Source of the DNA: Oscillospiraceae bacterium Zagget12
GTDB taxonomy: Bacteria; Bacillota; Clostridia; UBA1381
Reading direction: 5' to 3'
DNA length: 64,000 nucleotides
Assembly: GCA_001941225.1 (NCBI GenBank)
Contig: MSHM01000005.1
Location: 106,491 to 170,490, forward strand
Shown: positions 21,221-30,615 of the stretch, piece after piece
Layout of the letters: the number at the start of each line of letters is the position of its first letter
Position numbering within the stretch: the first letter of the stretch is position 1
Translations under genes and position numbers: made by a program
The notes under the pieces: model-generated
Databases searched by the model: none
The model's input: only the letters and a program-made list of their open reading frames with translations
Told to the model about the DNA's origin: nothing

Positions 21221-22041
21221 TATCCGAGCTTGTGAGAGAAACCGCGTCAAGGCTTAAAGATAACGCTCTTTTCGAGGCGGAGCTTATGGTGATGAGCGCG
21301 CTTAAGATTAACAGAACTCAGCTTGTATTGCGCGGAAACACCGGCGTTGAAAGCGGGCAAATAAGCGCGGTATCGGATATGGTTAAGCGCCGCTTGGGCG
21401 GCGAGCCGCTCCAATACATACTCGGAGAAACGGAGTTTATGTCGCTTGATTTTTATGTTGAAAGCGGCGTTCTTATTCCGCGCAGCGATACCGAAACGCT
21501 TGTGGAGGAAGTGCTTGATAAAATTTCCGGCGGCGCAAAAGTGCTTGATATATGCGCCGGCAGCGGCTGTATAGGCATCAGCATAGCTCATTACAAGCCG
21601 GACGTAACGGTTGATTTGCTTGATATAAGCGAAAAAGCGCTCAATGTGGCGCGGAAAAATATTATCCGCAATAATGTCGGAGACAGAGTAAAAGTAATAA
21701 AAACGGATATACTTAAGGAATATCCGAATAAAAAATACGATGCTGCGGTGTCAAATCCGCCGTATATAGAAACAGAGGTAATAGAAACACTTCAAACAGA
21801 GGTAAAAAATCACGAGCCGCGCCTCGCGCTTGACGGCGGAGCTGACGGACTTGAGTTTTACAGACGCATAACCGAAATCGCGCCCGAATTTCTCGATAAA
21901 GGCGGAATACTTGCGTTTGAAATCGGTTATAATCAGAGCGAAAGGGTTTTTTCTTTAATGGAAAGGTCTTTTGAAAATATAAAGGTGATACGTGATTTAA
22001 ACAATAATGACAGAGTAGTAACAGGAATTTTGAAAGGGTGA
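21214..22041 (+). CDS. prmC: Release factor glutamine methyltransferase
   Basis: GEPLQYILG, VLIPRSDTE, DICAGSGCI, SNPPYI. Confidence 0.95.
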   Translation: MVISELVRETASRLKDNALFEAELMVMSALKINRTQLVLRGNTGVESGQISAVSDMVKRRLGGEPLQYILGETEFMSLDFYVESGVLIPRSDTETLVEEVLDKISGGAKVLDICAGSGCIGISIAHYKPDVTVDLLDISEKALNVARKNIIRNNVGDRVKVIKTDILKEYPNKKYDAAVSNPPYIETEVIETLQTEVKNHEPRLALDGGADGLEFYRRITEIAPEFLDKGGILAFEIGYNQSERVFSLMERSFENIKVIRDLNNNDRVVTGILKG

Positions 22042-22046
22042 AAGCG

Positions 22047-23122
22047 ATGAAAAGGGTTGGTATTTTAACAAGCGGAGGAGATTGCCAGGGACTTAACGCG
22101 GCAATACGAGGAGTTGCAAAGGGGCTGTATGAGGAAATCGGCGATATTGAGATTTTCGGTATTCATAACGGCTATGCCGGACTTATACACGGCGATTACA
22201 GAAAAATGAGCAAATCCGATTTTTCGGGAATACTTACCGTGGGCGGCACAATTTTGGGCACCTCGCGTCAGCCGTTCAAAATGATGCGCGTTAAAGAGGA
22301 CGAAAACAGCATAGACAAGGTTCAGGCAATGAAGGAGCATTATAAAAAATGGGACTTGACTGTCTTGTAATTCTCGGCGGAAACGGCACGCACAAGACGG
22401 CTAATCTTTTAAGCGAGGAGGGTCTGAATGTTGTCACAATGCCAAAGACTATAGATAACGATGTTTGGGGTACGGAGATGACCTTTGGATTTCAAAGCGC
22501 GGTAGATATAGCGACGCAGGTGATAGACTGCATACACACCACCGCCACATCGCACGGAAGAATATTCATAGTCGAGGTAATGGGTCACAAGGTAGGCTGG
22601 CTCAATTTGTACGCGGGAATTGCCGGCGGCGCGGATATTATACTTCTTCCCGAAATTCCCTATGATTTAAACGAGGTCGCGAAAATAATAGACAAAAGAG
22701 AAAGCGAGGGCAAGAGATTTTCTATACTTGCCGTTGCGGAGGGCGCTATTTCAAAGGAAGAGGCGCAAATGAAGAAACGCGATTTCAAGGCTCAGCGCGC
22801 GCAAATGCCTTATCCGTCAATATCGTATAAGATAGCCAAGGAGCTTGAGGATAAAACAGGACATGAGATAAGAGTTACCGTGCCCGGACATTTTCAGCGC
22901 GGCGGAAGTCCCTGCGCGTATGACAGAGTGTTGTGCACGCGTTTCGGCGCCGCGGCTGCAAGGCTTATCAAGAACGGACAGTACGGATTTATGGTGGCGC
23001 TGCAAAACGAGAAAATTGTGCCTGTGCCGCTTTCGGAGGTTGCGGGCAAGCTTAAAAAGGTTCCCGTTGACAGCGATATAATCGAGGCGGCAAAGGAAAT
23101 AGGAATTTCATTCGGCGATTAA
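22047..23122 (+). pseudogene. pfkA: 6-phosphofructokinase (group III/mixed-substrate type) split by a 1-nt frameshift in an A6 run at 22344-22349
   Basis: Upstream frame: ILTSGGDCQGLN, GGTILGTSR; downstream frame: LGGNGT, PKTIDND, EVMG, AEGA. One extra A restores HYKKMGLDCLVILGGNG. May be an assembly error. Confidence 0.85.
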
Positions 23123-23208
23123 GCGTACAAGCCGACGGATGAGGGATTTCGTATGGACATCAGCAAGCATTCCTATAACAAACAATTATCTTACAAAGGA
23201 GGACAAAA

Positions 23209-23661
23209 ATGGACAGAGTGCAAAAAGCGGTTGAGCTGTTCAAGGAGGGCTGCAACTGCTCTCAGGCGGTTGTATGCGCGTACAGCGACCTGTTTGGAAT
23301 GGATAATAATTCGGCGATGCGCGCAAGCGAGGGATTCGGCGGCGGTATGGGACGTATGCGCCTTACCTGCGGAGCGGTGAGCGGTATGTGTATGCTTGCG
23401 GGACTGAAATACGGCAAGGGCATACCAAAAGACCTTGAAACGCGCACAAAGGTTTACGACACGGTACAGAAAATGGCAAAGGAATTTGAGGAGAAAAACG
23501 GCTCCGTAATATGCGGTGACCTTTTGGGCATAAATAAGCCTAAGGACACGGGTGCGGTGCCGACCGAGAGGAACGGCGAGTTTTATAAAAAACGTCCCTG
23601 CGTAGGCTGCGTGGAGGATTGCGCAAGGCTGGTTGAAAAATATTTAATCGAAACGGAATAA
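23209..23661 (+). CDS. C-GCAxxG-C-C family putative redox protein
   Basis: GCNCSQAV, GFGGGMG, TCGAVSG, GSVICGDL, C-terminal CVGC. Confidence 0.88.
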   Translation: MDRVQKAVELFKEGCNCSQAVVCAYSDLFGMDNNSAMRASEGFGGGMGRMRLTCGAVSGMCMLAGLKYGKGIPKDLETRTKVYDTVQKMAKEFEEKNGSVICGDLLGINKPKDTGAVPTERNGEFYKKRPCVGCVEDCARLVEKYLIETE

Positions 23662-23670
23662 TAAAATTTA

Positions 23671-23699
23671 TCCGCCGCGAAAAGCGCGGCGGATTTTTT
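23671..23699 (+). terminator. Intrinsic terminator
   Basis: TCCGCCGCG-AAAAG-CGCGGCGGA followed by T run. Confidence 0.8.
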
Positions 23700-23786
23700 G
23701 TGTCTGAAAAATTTCCGCCTGTATTTCGGAATAAATAAGCAATGATTGAAAAGAATAAACATAGCGAGAAAAACAGGAGGGAAGAT

Positions 23787-24869
23787 ATGAGCGCGATAAT
23801 TATGATAACGCAATTCTTTTTTACGCTTGTAATAGGAATGTATTTTTTTACAAAGCTGCGCGCGGAACGCACGGACAGCAGAACTATGGAGGAAAATTCA
23901 AAAAAAGAGGCGGAGCATCTCAACAGTATGCGGCGCATAAGCCTGTCTGAGCCGCTTACGGAGGCGGCACGTCCGCGAAAGGTTAATGAAATAATAGGGC
24001 AGGAGGACGGCATAAGAGCTATAAAGGCGGCATTATGCGGACCGAATCCGCAGCATATACTTATATACGGTCCGCCGGGAGTGGGAAAAACCGCCGCGGC
24101 AAGGCTTGCACTTGAGTGCGCCAAGAAAAGCGACGGAACACCGTTCAGGCGCGACGCGAAATTCATTGAAACAGACGCCACGATAATGCGGTATGACGAG
24201 CGCTGTATAGCCGACCCGCTTATAGGCTCCGTACACGACCCTATTTACCAGGGAGCGGGAGCCTACGGCTCGGCGGGAGTTCCGCAGCCAAAGGAGGGCG
24301 CGGTATCAAAGGCGCACGGCGGAGTGCTGTTTATCGACGAGATAGGGGAGCTGCCGCCGTGTCAGATAAACAAGCTGTTAAAGGTGCTTGAGGATAGGAA
24401 GGTAATGTTTGAGAGCGCCTATTACAGCGAAAGCAACAAAAACATACCGACATATATTCACGATGTGTTCAAAAACGGAATACCAGCCGATTTCCGTTTG
24501 ATAGGCGCGACCACAAAAAAGCCGGAGGATATTCCCGAGGCGGTGCGCTCAAGGTGCGTTGAGGTGTATTTTAATCCTTTATCCAAGGAGAGTATCTTGA
24601 AAATAATCGACGGAGCGCGTGAGAGGCTCAATATCGCCCTTGATGACGGCGCGGCGAACCTTATAGCAGGATACGCGAAAAACGGCAGAGATGCGGTAAA
24701 AATACTGCAAACAGCAAAGAATATAGTGTTCTTGGACGGCAGAGAACGCATAACCGCCGATGATGCCGCATGGACACTCAACGCCTGCCGATATACCAAC
24801 GGAATGTATTTCGGCGGTGACGAGAAAATAATTGATATTTCGGTTATAAAGCCTAAGGAACAAAAGTAG
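23787..24869 (+). CDS. lonB: LonB-like membrane-anchored AAA+ ATPase lacking the Lon protease domain
   Basis: N-terminal TM (ITQFFFTLVIGMYFF), SLSEPL, ALCGPNPQH, GPPGVGKT, IADPLIGSVHDPIYQGAG, LFIDEIGEL; ends after ~360 aa with no DGPSAG motif. Confidence 0.85.
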   Translation: MSAIIMITQFFFTLVIGMYFFTKLRAERTDSRTMEENSKKEAEHLNSMRRISLSEPLTEAARPRKVNEIIGQEDGIRAIKAALCGPNPQHILIYGPPGVGKTAAARLALECAKKSDGTPFRRDAKFIETDATIMRYDERCIADPLIGSVHDPIYQGAGAYGSAGVPQPKEGAVSKAHGGVLFIDEIGELPPCQINKLLKVLEDRKVMFESAYYSESNKNIPTYIHDVFKNGIPADFRLIGATTKKPEDIPEAVRSRCVEVYFNPLSKESILKIIDGARERLNIALDDGAANLIAGYAKNGRDAVKILQTAKNIVFLDGRERITADDAAWTLNACRYTNGMYFGGDEKIIDISVIKPKEQK

Positions 24870-24878
24870 GGTAATATT

Positions 24879-24905
24879 AAAGCCTCCGAAAAATTCGGAG
24901 GCTTT
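24879..24905. terminator. Bidirectional terminator between lonB and the SLH gene
   Basis: AAAGCCTCCGAA-AAA-TTCGGAGGCTTT. Confidence 0.75.
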
Positions 24906-24941
24906 AGACTGCTGAGAAAACCGGTTAGGTTTTGTCTGTAT

Positions 24942-27392
24942 TTAAACAGCGTCGTATAATCTGAGTATTGTCACGATTGACTGTTCGTTTGTATAGTTCG
25001 ACTTCGGAGCAAACTCATCGTCGCCCACGCCGGACATTACTTGGAGCTTGTTCATCTCGTAAACAGCTTCCTTTGCCCAGTCGCTTATGTCGCTGTCGTC
25101 GCTGTAGACATATGATGAAAGCTCATCATTCTCCGATAAATCATCATCGCTATCGGATAAATCCTCTAAAAGCTCGGATAAATCCTCTAAAAGCTCGGAT
25201 AAATCCTCATAACCCATATACAGCGCTGTCTTATAAAGCAGCACTGCCGCCTCTTCGCGCGTTATGGAATTTTGCGGTCTGAATGAGCCGTCGTCATATC
25301 CGGATATAATTCCCGCGCCTCCGAGCAGCAGCACATTTGTGCTTGATGAATCGGTAAATTCGGCATCGCCCTCTTCGGGCAGCATATCCTTAAGCTCAAG
25401 CATACTCGCAAGCACGTCGCAGAAGGTTTTGCGCGTCATATTGTCGGTATAAACAAGAGTGTCCTTAAGCTGATAGGGAGCAACGTCCAACGCGTATGCG
25501 CGGGTCACCTCGTCCTCCGCCCAGTCTGACGGCTCGGAATTTTCAAAGGTAATATTCGGCAGCGGCAGCCTGTGAGTGTAGCTTTCCCAGTTTTGACCGT
25601 CCTCGGACTTATAGCGCAGACCGTCCGCGTCCTCAACATAATAGCAGCCGTCGTAATATACGGCAAGCTGTATAAGCTTGTCAAAGGCGTACCTGTCAAC
25701 TATATTATAATCCTCGTCCAGGTAATAAATATTTTTCACCATATCCCAGTGGGTTGTGTAATAATAAGGGCAGCCGTCCCACTCAAGCCAACGCAGCATA
25801 TAACCCGTATCGGTTTCGACAAGCTCAAAGCTGTCGTAGTTGCCGCGGATTATATCCTTGACCTCCTGCGGAAGTTCGTCTTCAACATCGCTTGCGAGAA
25901 TACCCGTTGTCATAGGTCCCTCGGCGGCGCGCGGCTCGTTTAGGTAATCCTCGTAGGTTTTGCCCATATTGCTTTCACTGTAAACCTGAAAAGAATTCCT
26001 TATTCCGCCGACATAATTAATCGGCAAAACCATATTGATTGAAAATTCCTTTTCGCTGTTCGCGGGTATAAGCACGCTTGCCATTGTATCCTTTGTGGCG
26101 GGATTGTTTTCGCCCTTTAAAAATCCGCTGTGTACGCCGTCCTCGTCAACCACGTAAACAGCTATGCTTGACGATGTTTCCGCCGCATATTCAAAATACT
26201 TATCCTCGTTTGTGACGTTTTTAACCTTTAAATTATAACATTCCGTAACGCCGTAATTTCCCATACTGCACGCGTAGCCCTCGTTGTTTCTCTTTACTGA
26301 CAGCTCATAATTCGGCTCATAGTCGTCTGCCGAATACCAGGTTGACGAGTTGGGATATGCCGCCGTGTCACTGTGGTAAGGATCCCAAGTCCATACATTG
26401 TTTTTATTTTTCTTCTTGACATTGGAGCCGTAGTAATCAAGCTTTGAATCGTCCTCGTATGTCAGCGCCAGCAAATCTGATTCCACCGATATGCTTTTTG
26501 ACCATATATCGTCCTGAGGACTTAAATTGCTGCACCAAGCGGTAGTAACATAGCCGTCAGGCTGGTATTGATTATACACCTTGTTTGAGAAGTAATCGCC
26601 GTCCTTCATTGAGCTTGTTATGGTATACTCAAGGTCAACATTCACCTTTGGAAGAGAATCGGCGATGCCCTTTTGAGTTCTTGTGTATGAGTACGCGCCG
26701 AAAGCCGCGTCAGGGTCAAAATCGCTCCTGTCGCCCAATTCGCCTTCTGACTTAAATGCCGCCACATTGAAATTCAGAATACCGGAATTAACGGACAATT
26801 CACCCATTATCTGTACCGGCTTGCCGTATTTCACGGCGGTATAGCCGTCCATATAATCACTGAGCCAAACGGTTTCACCTTTCTTTATTTCAATGGTTAC
26901 GCTCTCATACGGCTGCGCCTCGTAAAGCCATGAGCCGTTAAGCTCCGTGAGATTTACGCCCATATATGAGGCAAGACCGTGCAGACAGCTGAACTTGTTT
27001 GTTTCCTTTGCCCAAGTTCCGTCGCCGTATATAAAAGCCTCGTCCGTAGGAGTATCGAAGAACGCTTTGTTTATCGTAATTTCGCAGTCCTTTACCGCTG
27101 TAAGCTCAACGTCAAGCTCAATATTGAATCCCATACCGTATCCGTCGTCGGTATCCGTGCTGTTTATGTGACAGATAAGAAAATCATACAGGTCTGGCTC
27201 GAGATTTTCGTTATTCATTATGTAAGCGGGTTCATACTCGTCGCTGTTCATCAAATCATCGTTGTGGATTGCCTCGGGATTGTTGCAGAAAATCCATTTT
27301 CCGCCGCCCTCCGGAGTAAATGTAATGTCCGCGGCGCTTACGCTTACCGTCATTGTGAAAAGCACCGCCATAGCAGCCAATATCTTTTTCAA
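24942..27392 (-). CDS. Secreted SLH-domain surface protein with unrecognised N-terminal region
   Basis: Signal peptide MKKILAAMAVLFTMTVSVSA; SLH repeats (PSDWA, GIISGYDDGSFRPQNSITREEAA, ISDWAKEAV...FAPKSNYTNEQS). Confidence 0.85.
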   Translation of the reverse strand: MKKILAAMAVLFTMTVSVSAADITFTPEGGGKWIFCNNPEAIHNDDLMNSDEYEPAYIMNNENLEPDLYDFLICHINSTDTDDGYGMGFNIELDVELTAVKDCEITINKAFFDTPTDEAFIYGDGTWAKETNKFSCLHGLASYMGVNLTELNGSWLYEAQPYESVTIEIKKGETVWLSDYMDGYTAVKYGKPVQIMGELSVNSGILNFNVAAFKSEGELGDRSDFDPDAAFGAYSYTRTQKGIADSLPKVNVDLEYTITSSMKDGDYFSNKVYNQYQPDGYVTTAWCSNLSPQDDIWSKSISVESDLLALTYEDDSKLDYYGSNVKKKNKNNVWTWDPYHSDTAAYPNSSTWYSADDYEPNYELSVKRNNEGYACSMGNYGVTECYNLKVKNVTNEDKYFEYAAETSSSIAVYVVDEDGVHSGFLKGENNPATKDTMASVLIPANSEKEFSINMVLPINYVGGIRNSFQVYSESNMGKTYEDYLNEPRAAEGPMTTGILASDVEDELPQEVKDIIRGNYDSFELVETDTGYMLRWLEWDGCPYYYTTHWDMVKNIYYLDEDYNIVDRYAFDKLIQLAVYYDGCYYVEDADGLRYKSEDGQNWESYTHRLPLPNITFENSEPSDWAEDEVTRAYALDVAPYQLKDTLVYTDNMTRKTFCDVLASMLELKDMLPEEGDAEFTDSSSTNVLLLGGAGIISGYDDGSFRPQNSITREEAAVLLYKTALYMGYEDLSELLEDLSELLEDLSDSDDDLSENDELSSYVYSDDSDISDWAKEAVYEMNKLQVMSGVGDDEFAPKSNYTNEQSIVTILRLYDAV
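25153..25208. repeat. 21-bp coding tandem repeat, ~2.7 copies
   Basis: TCGGATAAATCCTCTAAAAGC x2 plus TCGGATAAATCCTC; encodes EDLSELL repeats on the minus strand. Confidence 0.9.
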
Positions 27393-27415
27393 ATGATTAT
27401 CCTCCTTAAAAATTA

Positions 27416-28030
27416 TTAAAGCCGCTCATCATACGGATATAATTCGCCCGCGCGCATCATTTCAATCATATCCCATACGGAGCATTTACCCTCGTCGTCA
27501 CGGGTGCTGAAAGGTACAAGCAAATCATCTTCGTCCATTTCAAGCGTTTGCCATATTCTTTCAAGATTAGGCTCTATCTCGCTTTTCTTCAGCTTATCTG
27601 TCTTCGTGGCTATAACAATAAGATTGTCGTGATAATGGCGTATCCATTCTGCCATTTGTATATCGTCCTTTGTCGGATTATGGCGGCTGTCAACGAGCAA
27701 AATCGTCTGCACAAGCGGCTCGCGGTTTGCGAGATAATCCTCCATCATTTTTCCCCATTTTTCGGTTTCCTGCTTTGAACGCTGCGCGTAGCCGTAGCCG
27801 GGTAAATCCACAAGGTAAACGGTGTCGTCTATATTATAAAAATTTATCGTGGCGGTTTTGCCGGGAGTTCCGGAAACGCGCGCGAGAGATTTTCTGTTGA
27901 GCAGCTTATTTATAAGCGATGACTTTCCGACGTTTGAGCGTCCCGCGAAAGCAAACTCCATAAGACCGTCCGTGGGATATTGATTGGGGCGTACCGCCGA
28001 AACCGTAAGGGTTGCGTTATGTATATTCAT
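27416..28030 (-). CDS. engB: Ribosome biogenesis GTPase YsxC/EngB
   Basis: GRSNVGKSS, TPGKT, DLPGYG, TKTD. Confidence 0.96.
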   Translation of the reverse strand: MNIHNATLTVSAVRPNQYPTDGLMEFAFAGRSNVGKSSLINKLLNRKSLARVSGTPGKTATINFYNIDDTVYLVDLPGYGYAQRSKQETEKWGKMMEDYLANREPLVQTILLVDSRHNPTKDDIQMAEWIRHYHDNLIVIATKTDKLKKSEIEPNLERIWQTLEMDEDDLLVPFSTRDDEGKCSVWDMIEMMRAGELYPYDERL

Positions 28031-28045
28031 TTTTTTGCCTCCTTT

Positions 28046-30358
28046 TTATTGTAAAGCGTTTTCAAGCACCGATTCCATACTGCTTACAGGTATAAAGTTA
28101 AGATTTTTCCTTATTTCCTGAGGCACATCGTCTATGTCGGGCTTGTTTTTCTCGGGTATTATTATATCCGTTATTCCCGCGCGGTATGCGGCGAGAGATT
28201 TTTCCTTAAGTCCGCCTATCGGCAATACGCGTCCGCGCAAAGTGATTTCGCCTGTCATTGCAATATCGTTTCTGACAGGATTTTTTGTAAGCGCGCTGAC
28301 GAGTGCGGTTGCCATTGTTATTCCTGCCGACGGACCGTCCTTTGGCACTGCGCCCTCGGGAACGTGTATATGTATATCCTTTGTTTTATGGAAACTCTCG
28401 CTTATGCCAAGCTCCTTTGAGTTGGCGCGTATATAGCTTATCGCCGTTCTCGCGCTCTCCTGCATAACGTCGCCGAGCTTGCCGGTAAGCTCCACCTTGC
28501 CGCTGCCGGGCATTACGTTCACTTCAATAGACAGCGTTTCTCCGCCTACCGATGTCCAAGCAAGTCCGCGCGCAATGCCGATTTCACTATGCTCGTTCAT
28601 CATATCAAAGCTGTAGCGTTCCTTACCCAAATAGTCGGAAAGATTTTTTTCGGTTACTTTTATGGATTTTTTACGCGATTCAAGCAGCTGCTTTGCCGCC
28701 TTTCGGCATATTTTTCCTATTTGCTGCTCAAGCTTTCTGACGCCCGCCTCTCTTGTATAATGCTCAATTATTGACTTAACAGCGCCGTCGGAAATGCTTA
28801 TCATACCGCTTTCAAGACCGTTGTTTTCCGCTGATTTTTTAACGAGATAATCCTTTGCGATATGGAATTTTTCATTGCTTGTATAGCCTGAAAGCTCTAT
28901 TATTTCCATTCTGTCCAAAAGCGGTCTTGAAATGGTGTCAAGAGTGTTTGCCGTAGTGATAAACAATACTTGCGATAAATCAAACGGCACCTCAAGATAA
29001 TGGTCGCGGAATGACGCGTTTTGCTCATAGTCAAGCACCTCCAAAAGCGCCGCCGACGGGTCGCCCTTATAATCCGCGCCCATTTTATCTATTTCGTCAA
29101 GCAGAATTAGGGGATTTTTAACCTTTGCCTCTTTCATTGCCGACATTATTCTGCCTTCCATAGCGCCGATATAGGTTTTTCTATGACCTCTTATATCCGA
29201 CTCATCGTGAATACCGCCGAGAGATATTCTTACGTATTTTCTGCCCAAAGCGCGCGCTATCGACTTTGCCACGGAGGTTTTGCCCACTCCGGGAGGACCC
29301 ACAAAGCACAGTATTGTGCCGTTTTTGCCCTTAGTCATTTGCCTTACGGCAAGATATTCCAAAACTCTTTCTTTGACCTTTTCAAGTCCGTAATGATCCT
29401 CGTTTAAAATATCTTCCGCGTTTTTCACGTCAAAGCATTCCTTTGACTGCTTGTTCCAGGGCATTTCGAGCACGGTGTCAAGATAGTTCCTTATAACATA
29501 GCTTTCGGAAGAGGACGAAGGCATTTTTGAAAATCTGTCCGTTTCTTTCAAAAGCTTGTTCTTTGTATCGGAGCTTGTTTTAAGCTTTTTTATTTTTTCA
29601 GTATATTCCTTGACCTCCGCTTTTATTCCGTCGCCGTCGCCGAGTTCGTCCTGTATGACGCGCAGCTGCTCGCGCAGGTAATATTCTCTTTGGTTTTTAT
29701 CGATACGTGCCTTTACCTTTTGAGCGATTTGATGCTCTATTTTAAGAACCTCAAGACGGTTTTGTATTGCAGTTATAAGCAGCTCCGTTCTTTCGTAAAC
29801 ATCAAAGGTTTCAAGAATATTTTGGCGTGTTTCAATGTCAAGCTCCACGCCGGCTGCAATAATATCGCATAACTCGGACGGATTGTTTATTGACATTACT
29901 TGAATGAAGTTTTCCGCGGCAAGTTTCGGATTTTGCGAAAAATATTCCTCGTAGGACTTTTTCAAGCGCCTTACATACGCCTCTTTGAGAGGTGCGTTTT
30001 GCGTGTATGTGTCGTCATATTCCGCGATTCCCGCTTTGAAATACGGCTTTTCGGAAACAATATCGTCTATTATTCCGCGTCTTATTCCTTTGACAATTAC
30101 TCGCGTGATACCTCCTGGCATACGCATTATCTGCTTTATAACCGCAACGGTGCCGATTTCATATAAATCCTTGAAGGTCGGATTTTCATTGCCTACGTCC
30201 TTCTGCGCGGCAAGAAAAACAATCGAATTATCAGCCACCGCGGTTTCAATAGCCTTAACGGATACTTCGCGCGCCGCGTCAAAATTCAGCGTCATATGCG
30301 GAAATAATACCATTCCGCGCATCGGTATTACCGGCATATATTTAAGTTCCAATTCCAA
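28046..30358 (-). CDS. lon: ATP-dependent protease La
   Basis: DHYGLEKVKER, GPPGVGKTS, PKDGPSAG (Ser), IGGLKEK (Lys). Confidence 0.98.
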   Translation of the reverse strand: MELELKYMPVIPMRGMVLFPHMTLNFDAAREVSVKAIETAVADNSIVFLAAQKDVGNENPTFKDLYEIGTVAVIKQIMRMPGGITRVIVKGIRRGIIDDIVSEKPYFKAGIAEYDDTYTQNAPLKEAYVRRLKKSYEEYFSQNPKLAAENFIQVMSINNPSELCDIIAAGVELDIETRQNILETFDVYERTELLITAIQNRLEVLKIEHQIAQKVKARIDKNQREYYLREQLRVIQDELGDGDGIKAEVKEYTEKIKKLKTSSDTKNKLLKETDRFSKMPSSSSESYVIRNYLDTVLEMPWNKQSKECFDVKNAEDILNEDHYGLEKVKERVLEYLAVRQMTKGKNGTILCFVGPPGVGKTSVAKSIARALGRKYVRISLGGIHDESDIRGHRKTYIGAMEGRIMSAMKEAKVKNPLILLDEIDKMGADYKGDPSAALLEVLDYEQNASFRDHYLEVPFDLSQVLFITTANTLDTISRPLLDRMEIIELSGYTSNEKFHIAKDYLVKKSAENNGLESGMISISDGAVKSIIEHYTREAGVRKLEQQIGKICRKAAKQLLESRKKSIKVTEKNLSDYLGKERYSFDMMNEHSEIGIARGLAWTSVGGETLSIEVNVMPGSGKVELTGKLGDVMQESARTAISYIRANSKELGISESFHKTKDIHIHVPEGAVPKDGPSAGITMATALVSALTKNPVRNDIAMTGEITLRGRVLPIGGLKEKSLAAYRAGITDIIIPEKNKPDIDDVPQEIRKNLNFIPVSSMESVLENALQ

Positions 30359-30448
30359 TTCAAATTCACTCCTATGATTTTAACATAGAGCGGTGTCCGC
30401 TCCGTTTCCCGAAACGGGCAATACTGCTCTTTTTTTAGTAATACTACT

Positions 30449-30477
30449 ATTATATAATTTTTTCGGTTATATTTCAA
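30449..30477 (-). promoter_or_regulatory. sigma-A-type promoter of lon-engB
   Basis: Minus strand TTGAAA, 17 bp, TATAAT. Confidence 0.7.
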
Positions 30478-30499
30478 CTGTTTTTTTATTTGGAATTTA

Positions 30500-30526
30500 A
30501 AATACCGGCTCCGTTTGAGGAGCCGG
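30500..30526 (-). terminator. Probable terminator after the coiled-coil gene pair
   Basis: Minus strand CCGGCTCC-TCAAAC-GGAGCCGG followed by TATTTT. Confidence 0.6.
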
Positions 30527-30615
30527 CTCAATTTATACACATATTCAATAAGGTGCAAAGGTTCTGCTGCGCAAAGCGAGTTCACAATGGACATCTTAAT
30601 TTAAGTATATCTCCG

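Noticed and set aside
30328-30594. 88-aa minus-strand ORF as the displaced lonB protease domain
   Set aside because: No Lon_C motifs; it runs through a terminator and the lon promoter.
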